Part shown: positions 9,058 through 17,872 of the stretch, piece after piece
Layout of the letters: every line of letters begins with the position of its first letter
How positions within the stretch are numbered: position 1 is the stretch's first letter
From: Thermoplasmata archaeon
GTDB taxonomy: Archaea; Thermoplasmatota; Thermoplasmata; Lutacidiplasmatales; UBA184
DNA: 64,000 nt
Direction: 5' to 3'
Assembly (NCBI GenBank): GCA_021844945.1
Contig: JAKBSJ010000002.1
Location: 230,965-294,964, forward strand
Made by a program: the position numbers and the translations under genes
Notes under the pieces: generated by a model
The model's input: the letters and a program-made list of their open reading frames with translations, nothing else
What the model was told of the DNA's origin: nothing
Database searches by the model: none

Positions 9058-12000
9058 GTGGAAGCGTATTTCCGGGCGATCGAGGGCGAGATCGAACGAG
9101 GTTATTCCGTGGCCGAGCGCGCCCGCAGCCTCGGCATCGACCCTGAGACCCGCCCGGAGATTCCCCGTGCCCAGGACATGGCGAGCCGGGTCGAGAAGCT
9201 GCTGGCCCACCTCGGCATCGATGGGATCGCCGACGAGATCCGCGCCCTCGCCCGGACGATGCCGCGGGAAGAGGTGGCGGTGGCGATCGCCCGCCGTCTC
9301 GCGAGCGACACGAGCCGGCCGGGGAGCGTCGCCCGACGTGTCGAAGCCGCCCTGCGTGTCGGCCTCGCGATCCTGACCGAAGGGATTCTCGTCGCGCCGC
9401 TCGAGGGGCTCGCCGAGGTCCACCTCGTCGACGGCCCCGAGGGGAGGTTCATCGAATTGTACTATGCCGGTCCCATCCGCGCGGCCGGCGGCACTGCCCA
9501 GGCGCTGAGCGTACTGCTCGCCGACGTGATCCGCCGGGACCTCCATCTCGCTGCGTACCGCGCGTCGCGCGAGGAGATCGGACGCTACCAGGAGGAGATC
9601 CCTCTCTACAAGCATTTCCAGCACCTCCAGTACGTCCCGACACCCGAGGAGATCTCGACGGTCGTGCGCCACGTTCCGGTCTGCATTTCGGGCGAGGCGA
9701 CGGAGGGCGACGCTGAGGTCAGCGCGTTCCGCAATCTCGATCGCGTGAAGACGAACGGGATCCGCGGCGGTGCCTGCCTCGTCATCGCGGAAGGCATGTG
9801 TCAGAAGGCTTCGAAGATCAAACGGATCGTCGACAAGCTCGCAATTCCAGATTGGGAGTTCTTGGACGATCTCGGGCACTCGACCGCGCACGAGGAGGAC
9901 GGCTCGGTTGCGAAGTACCTCGCCGACGCCGGCGTCGGTGGGCGACCGATCCTCGCGCACCCGAACCGACCCGGTGGATTCCGGCTCGTCTACGGCCGAG
10001 CACGAACTACGGGCCTCGCGGCGTGCGCGATCAACCCGGCGACGATGGTCCTCCTTCGGCATTTCGTGGCCGTCGGGACCCAGCTCAAGCTCGAGTACCC
10101 GGGCAAGGCGGCCGCGATGGGGCTCTGCGATCTGCTCGAAGGGCCGATCGTCGAGCTCTCCGATGGTACGGTGACGGCGGTGCACGATGTCGATCGGGCC
10201 GAAGCGCTCCTTCCGCAGATCCGTCGGATCGTCGATCTGGGAGAGATCCTCGTCGCCTACGGGGAGTTTCTCGAGAACAACCGCGCGCTTGTGCCGGGAG
10301 CCTATACGGTGGACTGGCACGAAGAGGAACTGCGCGCCGCGGGCGCGCCGGCGACCGAGGGAGCGGGGGCGGAGAGCTTTGCCGCGTCACTCGCGCTCGC
10401 CCGACGCTACCGCGTTCCGCTGCACCCGCGGTGGCTGCTCTTCTGGCACGACCTCACGAGTGCGGAGATCCGGGCCCTCGCGGAGCAGGTCGAGCGTTCC
10501 GGGGCCTGGCGGGATGGACGGCTCGAGCTTCCTTGGGACGAGGTCTGGCGCGAGCTGCTCGCCCGCCTGGGGTTCCTGCACACGCGTGGGCCCACGGGAC
10601 AAGTGCTCGGCGAGCCCGAAACCAGCGAGGCCCTCGTCGGCACGCTCGGCCTCGAGATCGTCGGCGGCCTCCTCGTGCGCAAGACCCTTCTCGATCCGGT
10701 CGACCCGGATCCGCTCGCCTACGTGAGCCGGCTCGCCGGCGCGACCGTCATGCCTCGCAGCCCTTCCCGGGTCGGTGCCCGCGTGGGTCGACCCGAGAAA
10801 GCGTACCAGCGTAAGATGCAGCCGAACGTTCACGGCCTCTTCCCCGTGGGCGAGGCCGGGGGCCCCTCGCGGTCCGTCGGCGAGGCGGTCCGACGCGCGA
10901 TGAAGGGCCAGCCCGTCCAGACGCAACTCGGGGTCCGGCTATGTCCGGCGTGCTCCCGGAGCTCGGTCTGGCCCCGGTGCTCCTGCGGAGCGCACACAGT
11001 AGCGAACGGGACCACCATCCAGGTCGCGTTCCCGGTCGACGAGCTCTGGGGAGACGCGTTGCAACGGCTCCGGCTCAACCGCGTTCCCCAGGTCAAGGGA
11101 GTCAAGGGGCTCACTTCGGTGGGGCATACCCCCGAACCGATCGAGAAGGCGATCCTACGGGCGGAGCACGGGATCTCGGTCTACCAGGATGGTACCGCGC
11201 GCTTCGACCTCATGGACCTGCCGCTCACCCACTTCCGCCCGATCGAGATCGGTACGGACATCGCGCGCCTCCGCGAGCTCGGCTACACCCAGGATTGGGC
11301 GGGCCGACCGCTCGAACGGGGCGATCAGCTGGTCGAGCTGCGGCCGCAGGACATCGTCGTGGCGCGATCATGCGGCCGGTATCTCCTCCACTTATCCCAA
11401 TTCCTCGACGACGAGCTCGTCCACCTCTACGGGCTCAGCCCTTTCTACCGGGCCCGGGTCCCCGAGGACCTTATCGGGGCCGTCGTCGCGGCCCTCGCGC
11501 CGCACACGTCGGGCGCGGTCGCGGGTCGCATCATCGGCTTCTCCGAGGCCGAGGCGTGTTTCGCGCACCCAATCTTCCACGCGGCGAAGCGGCGGAACTG
11601 CGACGGCGACGAGGACTCCGTCACCCTCCTGTTGGACGCTCTGCTGAACTTCTCCCGAGCGTACCTGCCCGAGACGCGCGGGGCGATGATGGACAAGCCG
11701 CTCGTCCTCACGACACGTCTGGACGCGACCGAGGTCGACAAGGAGGCCCACCATCTCGACCTCAACGACCGCTACCCGCTCGAGTTCTACCGAGCCGCCG
11801 CTCGGCGAGCGAACGCGAAGGACGTCGAGGCGCTCTTCGACACCGTCGGTCACCGGCTCGGCAGCGCTCACTCCCTCGACCTCTATGCCTTCACGCACGA
11901 TACCCACGACATCGCCCGTGGCCCAGTCCGATCGGCCGGTCGGGACGGCCGCGCGATGAGCGATATGGTCGAGCAGTCGGTGACGCTGATGACCCAGATC

Positions 12001-12423
12001 CGGTCGGTCGATGCGGCGGAAGCGATCGCGAGCATACTGACCACGCACTTCCTGCCCGACGCGATGGGAAACCTGCGCAGCTTCGCGACGCAGAAGTTCC
12101 GGTGCAAGACCTGCGGAACGAGCTACCGACGACCTCCTCTGTCGGGCCGATGCACCGCCGTCGGGCGCGGATCGAGCCCGTGCGATGGGGAGCTCCTGCC
12201 CACGGTTTACGAAGGCATGATCCGGAAGTACCTCGCCCTGAGCGCGCACCTGGGCGCTGCCGAGGGGGTGCCTCCGTACCTGCGCCAGCGGGTCGAGATC
12301 CTGACGCAATCGCTCGCGACCCTATTCCCCGGTTCGGACGAGCAAACGACGCTGGAGTCGTTCGCGGCGATCGACGCCACCGGCCCGTCGCACGACAACC
12401 CCCAAATACGCGAGCCCCGCTAG
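9058..12423 (+). CDS. polC: DNA polymerase II (PolD) large subunit DP2
   Basis: 1121 aa with a GTG start. The N-terminus MEAYFRAIEGEIERGYSVAERARSLGIDPE..IPRAQDMASRVE matches the DP2 N-terminus. Zn-finger clusters are present (CPACSRSSVWPRCSCG; KFRCKTCGTSY..CTAVGRGSSPCDG). The length is consistent with no intein. Confidence 0.95.
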   Translation: MEAYFRAIEGEIERGYSVAERARSLGIDPETRPEIPRAQDMASRVEKLLAHLGIDGIADEIRALARTMPREEVAVAIARRLASDTSRPGSVARRVEAALRVGLAILTEGILVAPLEGLAEVHLVDGPEGRFIELYYAGPIRAAGGTAQALSVLLADVIRRDLHLAAYRASREEIGRYQEEIPLYKHFQHLQYVPTPEEISTVVRHVPVCISGEATEGDAEVSAFRNLDRVKTNGIRGGACLVIAEGMCQKASKIKRIVDKLAIPDWEFLDDLGHSTAHEEDGSVAKYLADAGVGGRPILAHPNRPGGFRLVYGRARTTGLAACAINPATMVLLRHFVAVGTQLKLEYPGKAAAMGLCDLLEGPIVELSDGTVTAVHDVDRAEALLPQIRRIVDLGEILVAYGEFLENNRALVPGAYTVDWHEEELRAAGAPATEGAGAESFAASLALARRYRVPLHPRWLLFWHDLTSAEIRALAEQVERSGAWRDGRLELPWDEVWRELLARLGFLHTRGPTGQVLGEPETSEALVGTLGLEIVGGLLVRKTLLDPVDPDPLAYVSRLAGATVMPRSPSRVGARVGRPEKAYQRKMQPNVHGLFPVGEAGGPSRSVGEAVRRAMKGQPVQTQLGVRLCPACSRSSVWPRCSCGAHTVANGTTIQVAFPVDELWGDALQRLRLNRVPQVKGVKGLTSVGHTPEPIEKAILRAEHGISVYQDGTARFDLMDLPLTHFRPIEIGTDIARLRELGYTQDWAGRPLERGDQLVELRPQDIVVARSCGRYLLHLSQFLDDELVHLYGLSPFYRARVPEDLIGAVVAALAPHTSGAVAGRIIGFSEAEACFAHPIFHAAKRRNCDGDEDSVTLLLDALLNFSRAYLPETRGAMMDKPLVLTTRLDATEVDKEAHHLDLNDRYPLEFYRAAARRANAKDVEALFDTVGHRLGSAHSLDLYAFTHDTHDIARGPVRSAGRDGRAMSDMVEQSVTLMTQIRSVDAAEAIASILTTHFLPDAMGNLRSFATQKFRCKTCGTSYRRPPLSGRCTAVGRGSSPCDGELLPTVYEGMIRKYLALSAHLGAAEGVPPYLRQRVEILTQSLATLFPGSDEQTTLESFAAIDATGPSHDNPQIREPR

Positions 12424-12432
12424 CGCGCCTGC

Positions 12433-12532
12433 GGGCTTGTGGGGTAGTCTGGACTATCCTGTTGGCCTTCGAAGCCAACGACCTGGGTTCGAATTCGCGG
12501 TGGAATCCGTGACGAAACTCCCAGCAAGCCCG
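12433..12532 (+). tRNA. tRNA-Arg (anticodon UCG) with a 25-nt non-canonical intron (12494..12518) in the T-loop, position 59/60
   Basis: Hand fold. Acceptor stem GGGCTTG (12433-39) pairs with CAAGCCC (12525-31), with discriminator G12532. U8, A14, G18G19 and A21 are present. D-stem is GGGT/TCCT. Anticodon stem TTGGC/GCCAA carries loop CTTCGAA (UCG). T-stem CTGGG (12483-87) pairs with CCCAG (12520-24). The spliced T-loop is TTCGAA+T. The intron region forms an hBHBh' motif (details in the first finding). No CCA is encoded. Confidence 0.85.
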
Positions 12533-12602
12533 TCCCGCCGGGAGCGCCGGGCGCGGCCCGACGGAATTTAGGCCTGTATGCCTATCGGTCGGCCGGTGTC
12601 CT

Positions 12603-14261
12603 ATGGACGGCTCTCCCCACCGGCCGGTCGACGCGCCGTCTCCGCTCCCCGCGTCGACCCCGGGTCGCGTGCGCGTCGTCGGGCCGCCCGTGCCGCCAGG
12701 GGATGGTGTGTTGACGCCGGACGCTCTTCGCTTCGTCGGCGAGCTCGCGGCGCGCTTCGAGGACCGCCGCCAAGAGCTCCTCGCCCACCGCGCACGGTTT
12801 CACGAGGACCTGGTCCGAGGGCATCGGCCGTCCTTTCCCGAAGCGACGCGAGCGATCCGAGAGGGAGTGTGGAGGGTCGCGCCTCCTCCGGACGATATCG
12901 TCGACCGACGTGTCGAGATCACGGGACCCACCGATCGGCGGATGGTGATCCACGCGCTCAACTCCGGCGCCCGCGTCTACATGGCGGACTTCGAGGACTC
13001 GCACTCTCCCGTGTGGGCACGGACGGTCGAGGGACAAGCGAACCTCATCGACGCCGTCCGAGGAACGATCGAGGACGTCGGTCCCGACGGGGTACGTCTC
13101 ACTCTCGGAGATCGCCCGGCCGTGCTGTTCGTCCGTCCTCGCGGTTGGCATCTGGACGAACGCCACGTAACGGTTGACGGCCGGCCGGTCTCGGCGAGCC
13201 TCTTCGACTTCGGAATTTACTTCTTCCATACCTCGCACGAACTGGTCGCGCGGGGCCACCGCCCCTACTTCTACCTGCCCAAGATCGAGCATTTTCCCGA
13301 GGCCGAGCTCTGGAACGACGTCTTCCGGTTCAGCGAGGGCCGCAGGGGGTTCCCGTGGGGAACGATCCGCGCGACGGCCCTGATCGAGACCCTGCCCGCC
13401 GTTTTCGAGGCGGAGGAGATTCTGTACGCCCTTCGCGAGCACTCCGCCGGGCTGAACTGCGGTCGCTGGGACTACATCTTCAGCTTCCTCAAGCAGTTCC
13501 GGGACGACGCGTCGGTGATCTTTCCCGATCGCTCGGAGCTCACGATGGATCGGCCCTTCCTGCGCGCCTACGTCCGCCACCTCATCCGGATATGTCACCG
13601 ACGCGGCGCGCACGCGATCGGTGGAATGGCGGCGCAGATCCCCCTCCGGTCGGACCCCTCGGCGAACGAGGCGGCGATGGCGGCCGTCCTCGCGGACAAG
13701 GAGCGCGAGGTGGCCCTTGGCCACGACGGTACGTGGGTCGCCCACCCGGGGCTCGTCGCGGTCGCGCAACGCGCCTTCGACGCCCGGATGCCCGGGCCCA
13801 ACCAGATCGACCGCCGCCCTCTCCCCGAGGCCGTCCGTCCCGAGGATCTCCTCGAGATCCCCGTCGGACCCGTGACCGAGGACGGGATCCGAACGAACGT
13901 CCGGGTGGCGGTTCGCTACCTCGAGTCGTGGTTGCGAGGGGTCGGATGCGTTCCGATCGATCACCGCATGGAAGATGCGGCCACGGTCGAGATCGCTCGC
14001 GCCCAGCTTTGGCAGTGGGCCCATCGAAGGGTCCACCTCGCTTCGGGCGAAACGGTCACGGTCCCCTACATCGCCGAGGCGATCGCCACGGAGGCGCAAC
14101 GCCTGCGCGCGGAGCGGACCCGGGAGGGGGGGCCGACCTCCACGATCGCGGCGGCCGCGGGTCTGATGGAAGGATTGGTGGCGAGCGCGGCCTTCCAAGA
14201 GTATTTTACCAACTCGGCCTACCGTGTACTGGAGCCGACGGTTCCGGCGGACCCCTCATGA
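12603..14261 (+). CDS. aceB: malate synthase A
   Basis: 552 aa. It has [38 protein letters not shown] and [10 protein letters not shown], which are classic malate synthase A blocks. Confidence 0.9.
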   Translation: MDGSPHRPVDAPSPLPASTPGRVRVVGPPVPPGDGVLTPDALRFVGELAARFEDRRQELLAHRARFHEDLVRGHRPSFPEATRAIREGVWRVAPPPDDIVDRRVEITGPTDRRMVIHALNSGARVYMADFEDSHSPVWARTVEGQANLIDAVRGTIEDVGPDGVRLTLGDRPAVLFVRPRGWHLDERHVTVDGRPVSASLFDFGIYFFHTSHELVARGHRPYFYLPKIEHFPEAELWNDVFRFSEGRRGFPWGTIRATALIETLPAVFEAEEILYALREHSAGLNCGRWDYIFSFLKQFRDDASVIFPDRSELTMDRPFLRAYVRHLIRICHRRGAHAIGGMAAQIPLRSDPSANEAAMAAVLADKEREVALGHDGTWVAHPGLVAVAQRAFDARMPGPNQIDRRPLPEAVRPEDLLEIPVGPVTEDGIRTNVRVAVRYLESWLRGVGCVPIDHRMEDAATVEIARAQLWQWAHRRVHLASGETVTVPYIAEAIATEAQRLRAERTREGGPTSTIAAAAGLMEGLVASAAFQEYFTNSAYRVLEPTVPADPS

Positions 14262-15607
14262 AGGACCCGAAAGAACTCGCGGACGACTGGTCCCAGGCGG
14301 CGCGCTGGAAGCGCACGCAGCGACCGTACCGCCCCGAGGCCGTCGCGCGCCTGCGAGGTTCGATCCGGATCGAGCATACGCTCGCCGACGTCGGCGCGCG
14401 TCGGCTCTGGCAACTGCTCGAGAACGAAGAGTACGTCCCGGCGCTTGGGGCGATGAACGGGAGCCAGGCCGTCCAGATGGTGCAGGCGGGCCTCCTTGCC
14501 ATCTACGCGAGCGGCTGGCAGGTCGCGGCCGATGCGAACGACGCGGGCCAAACGTACCCGGACCAGAGCCTTTACCCCGCGCTCAGCATGCCGACCTTGG
14601 TTCGTCGGATCAATAATGCCTTCCGTCGCCAGGACGAAAAGCAGCACGCGTCCGGTGCGGGCGCCATCTACTGGTACGCTCCGATCGTCGCCGACGCGGA
14701 AGCCGGGTTCGGCGGCACGCTCAACGTCTTCGAGCTCACCAAGGCGCTGATCGAGGCCGGGGCCGCCGGCCTGCACATCGAGGATCAGCTCGCCTCGGTG
14801 AAGAAGTGCGGGCACATGGGGGGCAAGGTCCTCGTCCCGACGCGTGAGTTCAACCAGAAGCTATGGGCGGCCCGCCTCGCCGCCGACATCCTGGACGTCC
14901 CTACGGTCATCATCGCGCGCACCGATGCCCACTCCGCGAAGCTCCTGACGAGTGACGTCGATCCCCGGGATCAGGAGTTCATCACCGGGGAGCGTACGAC
15001 CGAAGGATTCTTCGCGATCCGCCCGGGGATCGACTCGGCGATCGCCCGCGGGATCGCCTACGCTCCGTACGCCGACATGCTCTGGTTCGAGACGTCGGGC
15101 CCCGACCTCGACGAGGCCCGAGCCTTCGCGGACGCCGTCCACGCGAGGTACCCGGGCAAGCTGCTCGCCTACAACCTCTCTCCGTCGTTCAACTGGCGTC
15201 GCCGGCTCGGCGAGAAGGAGATCGGCCGATTCCAGTCGGACCTCGCCCAGCTCGGTTACAAGTTCCAGTTCGTCACGCTCGCGGGATTCCACGCCGTGAA
15301 CCTCTCGGCGTTCCGGCTCGCGACGGATTACAAGACCCGGGGGATGCTCGCCTATTCCGACCTCCAGGAGGAGGAACTCGCCGTCGAGGGATCCGGGTAC
15401 CGTGCGGTCAAGCACCAGAGCTTCGTCGGGACGGACTACTTCGACGAGGTCGCCCAGGTCCTTTCCGGCGGACTCACGTCGACGCTCGCGCTCGAAGGCT
15501 CGACCGAGGCCCAGCAGTTCCGTTCGTCCCCTGCGGGGAAGGCCAAGGATCCGGTGGATGGGAGCCCGAGGCCGACCCGCGGCTCGGCTCCGGGGACCAC
15601 GACGTAG
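14258..15607 (+). CDS. aceA: isocitrate lyase
   Basis: Internal ATG at 14258 in ORF 13355..15607. It has [12 protein letters not shown], the ICL signature KKCGHMGGK, and LAGFH. The ATG overlaps the aceB TGA (ATGA). Confidence 0.9.
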   Translation: MKDPKELADDWSQAARWKRTQRPYRPEAVARLRGSIRIEHTLADVGARRLWQLLENEEYVPALGAMNGSQAVQMVQAGLLAIYASGWQVAADANDAGQTYPDQSLYPALSMPTLVRRINNAFRRQDEKQHASGAGAIYWYAPIVADAEAGFGGTLNVFELTKALIEAGAAGLHIEDQLASVKKCGHMGGKVLVPTREFNQKLWAARLAADILDVPTVIIARTDAHSAKLLTSDVDPRDQEFITGERTTEGFFAIRPGIDSAIARGIAYAPYADMLWFETSGPDLDEARAFADAVHARYPGKLLAYNLSPSFNWRRRLGEKEIGRFQSDLAQLGYKFQFVTLAGFHAVNLSAFRLATDYKTRGMLAYSDLQEEELAVEGSGYRAVKHQSFVGTDYFDEVAQVLSGGLTSTLALEGSTEAQQFRSSPAGKAKDPVDGSPRPTRGSAPGTTT

Positions 15608-15617
15608 CGGTCCGTCG

Positions 15618-15926
15618 CTAGCGAAAGTACTCGGGGGTGGACGATGGCTTGTCCGCGCGCTTCTCCTCTTCGTCCTTCGCTTCGAGGATGTCGATCACCC
15701 AGGTCGCGGCCGTCGCGATGAGGCGCGTCCGCCCCTTCTCTTCGCCCTCTCCGTCGAGCTCGATCGCGAGGATGTTGTCGCCTCCGATGCTGACGAGCCC
15801 GCGGTAGATCCCCTCCGAGACGAGGCCGGTGTCGTCCGACCCGGCCGAGATGATCCGCACCCGCGAGCCCACGGTGAGGTTGGGGGCTCGTCGTTCCTTC
15901 TCCGAACCGTAGGGGGACGAGCTCAT
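15618..15926 (-). CDS. small acidic protein, possible Sm/LSm-like beta-barrel
   Basis: 102 aa starting at the internal ATG 15926. The sequence VGSRVRIISAG..GIYRGLVSIGGDNILAIELDG...RTRLIATAATWVIDILE loosely follows the Sm1/Sm2 pattern. Its start overlaps the stop of the upstream HTH gene (ATGA). Confidence 0.4.
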   Translation of the reverse strand: MSSSPYGSEKERRAPNLTVGSRVRIISAGSDDTGLVSEGIYRGLVSIGGDNILAIELDGEGEEKGRTRLIATAATWVIDILEAKDEEEKRADKPSSTPEYFR

Positions 15927-16444
15927 CGGCCGCCTCCGCGCGCCGCGGCCCGGGGCACGGTCTTCGCGGCCGGCGGGACCGCCGCCCCTTGATCGATGAG
16001 CGTCTGGAGATGGTTCACGGTCTCGCGATACCGTCGCAGCGCGTTCTGGGCGTGGGCTTCGGTGAAATCCCATGCGCGGGCGATGTTGCCGTAGCGCAGC
16101 CGGTAGGCCTTGCGCCCCCCGCCATGGTCCCGCCGGCTCGGCACGCCGACCTCCTCGAGAAGGTCGAGCGACTTGAGCTTGTTGATGTGCCGATAGACGG
16201 TGGGCCTCGTCGTCTTGAGCGCTACGGCGAGTTCGTCCGGTTGCCACGCCCGGCTGGGCTCCCCTAGGAAGCACTGACGCACCAGCCGATAGGCAAGACT
16301 CTCGCCCACAGGCCCTTCGCTACCGCGGCCCTCCTCGCCGTTCGGGAGGTACCCGACCAGGCGAAGGAACTCTCCGAGCACCTCGTCGACATCCGCGATC
16401 GGAGTGAGCGGCGTGCTGTACCGCAGCGAGAGATCGAACCCCAT
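15923..16444 (-). CDS. winged-helix (ArsR/TrmB-like) transcriptional regulator
   Basis: The HTH is ELAVALKTTRPTVYRHINKLKSLDLLEEV. The start is taken at the internal Met (MGFDLSLRY). It is divergent from the molybdoenzyme operon. Confidence 0.65.
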   Translation of the reverse strand: MGFDLSLRYSTPLTPIADVDEVLGEFLRLVGYLPNGEEGRGSEGPVGESLAYRLVRQCFLGEPSRAWQPDELAVALKTTRPTVYRHINKLKSLDLLEEVGVPSRRDHGGGRKAYRLRYGNIARAWDFTEAHAQNALRRYRETVNHLQTLIDQGAAVPPAAKTVPRAAARGGGR

Positions 16445-16450
16445 CCCTCC

Positions 16451-16478
16451 CTCGGTCAGCGACCGAGCAGATAAAAAG
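16451..16478. promoter_or_regulatory. perfect inverted repeat CTCGGTC-AGC-GACCGAG (16451..16467) abutting TATA-like ATAAAAAG (16471..16478)
   Basis: It lies in the 91-nt divergent gap between the HTH regulator (start 16444) and the FAD-subunit gene (start 16536). Confidence 0.55.
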
Positions 16479-16535
16479 CCGGAGCCGGGCCGCCCGCTCC
16501 TACGTCGGCGAGACGATATCCCGCCCAACGGGGTG

Positions 16536-17402
16536 ATGCCCCCGATGGCGCCGTTCGACCTCGTGCACCCTCGAAGCACGGACGAAGCACTCGCCGAGCT
16601 GCGCGCCGCATCCCCCGAAAGGGTTGCGGTCCTGGCCGGCGGGACCGATCTGCTCCTCGACATCGACCGTGCGCGCATCGCCCCCCACCGCGTCGTTTCC
16701 TTGCGCTACCTTCCCTGGAAGTTCCTCGAGTGGTCCGGCGACTCGTTGACGATCGGCAGCACCCTGCCGCTGCGTGCGCTCGAGGTGGAGCCGCGGGTCC
16801 GCCAGCGGATCCCCGGGCTTTGGGAAGCCGTTCGTGCGGTCGGGAGCGTCGCCCTGCGGCATCGGGCGACCCTCGGAGGCAACCTCGTGCGCAGCGCGCC
16901 GGCCTCCGACCTGTCGCCGATCCTCCTTGCACTGGACGCCGAAGTCGAGGTCGTCGGGCCCCAAGGGTCCCGTTGGACCCCGGTCGACGCCTTCCTCTCC
17001 GCCTCACGTCGACCGAGGCTCTCCTTCGGCGAGCTCGTGCGCGCGGTGCGAATCCCCGAGGCACGTCCGAGCGCCTACCATTGGCAGCGGGTACGTCCGG
17101 TCAACGACATCTCGCAGGTCGGCGTGGCGGTCGCGCGTTCCCCCTCCGAAGGGTACTATCGGATCGCCGTCGGGGACGTCCTGCCGCGGCCGGTCCGGAT
17201 CCTGCCGGCCGAAGAAGCGTTGCGTTCTCGTCCTCCCACGGACGACGAGGTCCGCTCGGCGGCCGAGCTCGTGGGGAAACTTTCTCCCTTCGCTACGGAT
17301 CGTCGCGGGACCGAAGAGTACCGGCGCCACATCGTCGCGGTCTTGGCCCGGCGAGCTCTCCTCGCAATCCGAACCGCGGCACCCCGGGGGCCGGCGCCGT
17401 GA
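16536..17402 (+). CDS. xanthine dehydrogenase / CO dehydrogenase family, FAD-binding (medium) subunit
   Basis: The sequence FDLVHPRSTDEALAEL...VLAGGTDLLLDI...ATLGGNLVRSAPASDLSPILLALDAEVEV is a CoxM/XdhB-type FAD domain. Confidence 0.85.
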   Translation: MPPMAPFDLVHPRSTDEALAELRAASPERVAVLAGGTDLLLDIDRARIAPHRVVSLRYLPWKFLEWSGDSLTIGSTLPLRALEVEPRVRQRIPGLWEAVRAVGSVALRHRATLGGNLVRSAPASDLSPILLALDAEVEVVGPQGSRWTPVDAFLSASRRPRLSFGELVRAVRIPEARPSAYHWQRVRPVNDISQVGVAVARSPSEGYYRIAVGDVLPRPVRILPAEEALRSRPPTDDEVRSAAELVGKLSPFATDRRGTEEYRRHIVAVLARRALLAIRTAAPRGPAP

Positions 17403-17872
17403 CGACCGCCCCCTTCTTCACCGTCAACGGGACATCGGTCGACCTGTCCCCGGTCCCGGGGTCGGAGCGTTTACTGGACACCCTTCGCTGGCGACTCGGG
17501 CTCAAAGGAACCAAGGAAGGCTGTCGCACGGGGGACTGCGGCGCGTGCACCGTCCTCGTCGACCGAGCGAGCGTCCTGAGCTGCCTGACGCTCGCGCACG
17601 AAGTCGCGGGAAGCGAGGTCACCACCATCGAGGGCCTCGCCGCCGAGGACGTCGGCGCCCGGATCGTGCAATCGTTCGCCGATGAGGGTGCATCTCAATG
17701 CGGGTACTGCACTCCCGGGTTCGTGATGGCGCTCGCCTCGCTCCTTCACGAGCGGGGAGCCGCCGGCGACCTCGCGGAGTTCGAGGAGGACCTCCAGGGG
17801 AACCTGTGCCGTTGTACGGGATACGTCTCAATCCGTCGAGCCTCCCAGCGCGCCCGGGAGGCGGTGAGATGA
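17399..17872 (+). CDS. xanthine dehydrogenase / CO dehydrogenase family, [2Fe-2S] (small) subunit
   Basis: GTG 17399 overlaps the upstream TGA (GTGA). Both 2Fe-2S Cys clusters are present: GCRTGDCGACTV and CGYCTPGF...CRCTGY. Confidence 0.85.
   Translation: MTTAPFFTVNGTSVDLSPVPGSERLLDTLRWRLGLKGTKEGCRTGDCGACTVLVDRASVLSCLTLAHEVAGSEVTTIEGLAAEDVGARIVQSFADEGASQCGYCTPGFVMALASLLHERGAAGDLAEFEEDLQGNLCRCTGYVSIRRASQRAREAVR

Noticed and set aside
8947-10320. 457-aa minus-strand ORF antisense to the 5' part of polD, plus many 60-340-aa ORFs across 9058..12512
   Set aside because: PolD DP2 identity on the plus strand is unambiguous. The others are low-complexity Arg/Pro-rich frames.
12424-12602. tRNA locus as an integration hotspot or genomic-island border
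   Set aside because: There is no integrase, no direct repeat of the tRNA 3' end, and no compositional break. The flanking genes (polD, aceBA) look native.
12582-14198. 538-aa minus-strand ORF antisense to aceB, and the 300-aa N-terminal extension of the aceA ORF (13355..14257)
   Set aside because: It is antisense to, or out of frame with, malate synthase. The aceA homology starts only at Met 14258 ([11 protein letters not shown]).
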